From Psychrobacter sp. (GTDB taxonomy: Bacteria > Pseudomonadota > Gammaproteobacteria > Pseudomonadales > Moraxellaceae), in the NCBI RefSeq assembly GCF_036731945.1, contig NZ_DAINDI010000011.1:9592-60478 (forward strand): a DNA stretch of 50,887 bases, read 5' to 3'. Shown in pieces: positions 48,517 to 50,887 of the stretch. The notes below the pieces were generated by a model. It searched no databases and was not told where the DNA came from. It saw only the letters and a program-made list of their open reading frames with translations. The stretch's first letter is position 1. Every line of letters starts with the position of its first letter. The position numbers and the translations under genes were made by a program.

Positions 48517-49584
48517 ATGCATACTCTATTTAAAATTATTTATATTAATGCGCGTTTTCTTATTGCTTTTATATTTACCATTACTGCTTTTACTTTAAGC
48601 ATGACGTCTGCGCAGGCGACGATTAATTGCGCCGGAACTTTACCCAGTAGCTACTTTGAGCGTATTGAAAATAATACGCCGTTTGCTGGCAAGTTGATCG
48701 AACAAGCTGACGGGTCGCAGCAACTGCAAAACCTAAGTGGTCAGATCGTCATGGATAATCTGTCCGATGCTTATATCGTGATGGACAGCTATGTGCTTGC
48801 TAAGCAGGATGGTAAATACGGCGTTATCAATGCTGCTGGCAAGATTATTGTCCCTTTTGACTATGATGATATTCAAACCGAACCGGATATCGCAACCAGC
48901 TTTATTGTCAGCATAAAATCATCAGATGCGACAACCAGACAAGGTATTATTAATCGTCATGGCGACTGGATTTTTCCACTAACTACGGCACGTATCGAGC
49001 ATGCGCACTACGATTCTGATCATGACCAAGATTATTTTAAAATAACTAATAATCAAGGGTGTACAGGACTGCTTGATGATAAAGGCTACTGGATAATCAT
49101 GCCAAAGTATGAAGCGATTCATCCGTTAAATGCTTGTACGGGTCAGCCTTTATACCTGCAAGTAAGCTTAAACGATAAGACAGCGCTCATTGACCAAAAC
49201 AATGACGTTATTATTCCTTTTGCCGCCCATCAACATATCGAAGCGTTTAATACTTCTGCTAAGCCACCGCTTTTTTTGCGTAGTACGTTAATTGATGGTA
49301 GCACCGCTACAGGCATGAGCGAAGATATCCAAGACGAGATTGTTAGCGCCCAAATTATCGATGCCAATGGTAAGTTAATCCTCGCATCAGACGCCCCCAT
49401 CAGAAAGCTGCTATACCATCAGCTTTATACTTATAAACAAGCTGGCAAGTTTGGGATTATGAATGATAAAGGTGATGCAATACTAACACCTCAATTTGCT
49501 AGCTATCGTGATGATGGCGAGAAAGTCTGGGTTGAAAAAGATGGCAAAATGCGCCGTTTAAATACCTTTATACGCTTAGATTAG
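48517..49584 (+). CDS. Exported WG-repeat protein, short paralog of 13926-16298
   Basis: Signal peptide ending SAQA. DGKYGVINAAGKIIVPFDYD and GKFGIMNDKGDAILTPQF repeats. Confidence 0.82.
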   Translation: MHTLFKIIYINARFLIAFIFTITAFTLSMTSAQATINCAGTLPSSYFERIENNTPFAGKLIEQADGSQQLQNLSGQIVMDNLSDAYIVMDSYVLAKQDGKYGVINAAGKIIVPFDYDDIQTEPDIATSFIVSIKSSDATTRQGIINRHGDWIFPLTTARIEHAHYDSDHDQDYFKITNNQGCTGLLDDKGYWIIMPKYEAIHPLNACTGQPLYLQVSLNDKTALIDQNNDVIIPFAAHQHIEAFNTSAKPPLFLRSTLIDGSTATGMSEDIQDEIVSAQIIDANGKLILASDAPIRKLLYHQLYTYKQAGKFGIMNDKGDAILTPQFASYRDDGEKVWVEKDGKMRRLNTFIRLD

Positions 49585-49616
49585 TGCTTTTAATTTTCTT
49601 TTTATTATTGAAAAAC

Positions 49617-49651
49617 AAAAAATCACCGTTAACTCATAACGGTGATTTTTT
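49617..49651. terminator. Bidirectional terminator (WG-repeat gene / gdh)
   Basis: AAAAAATCACCGTTA-ACTCA-TAACGGTGATTTTTT. Confidence 0.88.
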
Positions 49652-49710
49652 TCTATAAACATATAGTCTAGATTTTCTGTAATTTGCTATCTGGCTTATT
49701 TTTTAGCTTA

Positions 49711-50887
49711 TTATTTACTTACCAAACCACTCAGCTCGCTCATGAGCACAGATAGGGTGGATAAACTCATAGCGCTTTCATCATTGCCATCAATTTTTTG
49801 CATCTCAGCGGTGATGGACTCAAGCTGACTTTCATGACGCGATTTCCAGTCATTAAAGGCTTGTTTGGCATTAGGCTGCTTTAATAAAGTATCCATCAGC
49901 ATACGCAGACTGCGCGAAACTTCGTTGACAAGGGCATGACGCGCGCGACGATCCCAGTGGTCTTGCTGCGGTAAGGTGGCGATATTATCCATCATCCAAT
50001 CTAGCTGTAAAACGTGATAGGCCTCAAAGTATAAAGTGGCAATCTCATCGACTGGGCGCTCGTACTGCTCAGCCAACAGCGCGGCATCTAGGGCATCGAC
50101 ATGGTACGGCAACATCGCGAACATCGCCGCGTCATCCGCAGACAGCTCGTTTTCCGTTAAGCTTGTGATGTCTTCTTGCAAGTACTCTGAGAACTGCTGC
50201 TCGATAAAACCGCCTGCTTTGGTTAATTTTTCCACACTGTCTTCAAAGCGCTCGATCATATCGGCAACTTGCAAGTCCTGCCCAAAGGCATTGATAAACC
50301 ACACTACGCCATTTTCAAGCGCATCACGCAAACGCAGCTCAAGCTCGAGTAGCAAGGTGGCATCGACTTGGTTGTCTAGTGACTCAAGTTTTTCCCAAGC
50401 TTTGGATACATGGAAGACATCACGAGCAATTGCATAGCCGCGCGCGATCGTAGCAAGCGTTTGCCCCGTTTCCTCAAATAAACGGAATAAGGCTTCGATA
50501 CCCAAACGGTTGACGATACTATTGGTCAAATAAGTACTGATGATTTCACGGCGCAGGCGATGTTCTTTCATCTCATCAAAGAAGTTTGCTGCTAGCTCAT
50601 CGGGAAAGTATTGGCGCAGCTCATTAACGAAGTACGGCGCATCAGGCAAATCTGACGCCAACAAATTATCGTACACCCACATTTTGCCGTAAGCCATGAC
50701 CACTGCCAGCTCTGGATTGGTGAGACCTGTGCCCGCTTTTTGACGCTTGGCAATCTCTTCATCCGATGGCAGATATTCAATGGCGCGATCAAGACGACCT
50801 TCGCTTTCTAACATTTGAATAAAGCGTTGATGGTCACTTAAATTTGCCGCCGCGCGTAGATGGCTGAGCTCAAGCGCCTGTGGTTGT
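49711..50887 (-). CDS. gdhB: C-terminal part of a large NAD-specific glutamate dehydrogenase (5' end outside the window)
   Basis: LESEGRLDRAIEYLPSDEE, GLTNPELAV..AYGK, YFP, HRLRREIIST.LTN.IVNR.G, HWDRRAR. Frame is open to the window edge. Confidence 0.9.
   Translation of the reverse strand, partial: QPQALELSHLRAAANLSDHQRFIQMLESEGRLDRAIEYLPSDEEIAKRQKAGTGLTNPELAVVMAYGKMWVYDNLLASDLPDAPYFVNELRQYFPDELAANFFDEMKEHRLRREIISTYLTNSIVNRLGIEALFRLFEETGQTLATIARGYAIARDVFHVSKAWEKLESLDNQVDATLLLELELRLRDALENGVVWFINAFGQDLQVADMIERFEDSVEKLTKAGGFIEQQFSEYLQEDITSLTENELSADDAAMFAMLPYHVDALDAALLAEQYERPVDEIATLYFEAYHVLQLDWMMDNIATLPQQDHWDRRARHALVNEVSRSLRMLMDTLLKQPNAKQAFNDWKSRHESQLESITAEMQKIDGNDESAMSLSTLSVLMSELSGLVSK

Noticed and set aside
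1..50887. CRISPR arrays, tRNA/rRNA genes, IS elements, prophage, integron
   Set aside because: No regularly spaced repeats, cloverleaf or rRNA signatures, transposase, integrase or phage genes were recognised by eye. A covariance-model scan was not possible.

Overview
An AT-rich, gene-dense gammaproteobacterial chromosomal window. Protein style and gene content suggest Moraxellaceae, most likely Psychrobacter (inference). A near-canonical 28-bp XerCD dif site at 4312-4339 places it at the replication terminus. Left to right it contains: two bitopic membrane proteins sharing an unannotated C-terminal peptide motif; a divergent PaaX-family regulator and AidB-like acyl-CoA dehydrogenase; dif; several small exported hypotheticals, MtfA and a RhuM-Fic/Doc protein; an ATP-dependent lactamase module (caprolactamase CapAB/OplBA-like plus AraC regulator, with a visible 21-bp-period operator); a WG-repeat protein; DUF819; a DEAD-box helicase with a long leader; DUF1176; yghU; an MFS exporter; bfd and two complementary bacterioferritin subunits; an orphan ArsR; a sulfate assimilation cluster (cysAWT, two sulfate-binding proteins, Sat, CysI, DUF934, Fe-S-free CysH, CysG, with no cysC/cysDN/cysJ in the window); SDR; acyltransferase; sbcDC; a second WG-repeat paralog; and the 3' end of a large NAD-glutamate dehydrogenase. 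I saw no rRNA, tRNA, CRISPR array, integrase or transposase. All calls come from motif reading and recall; no database searches were run.
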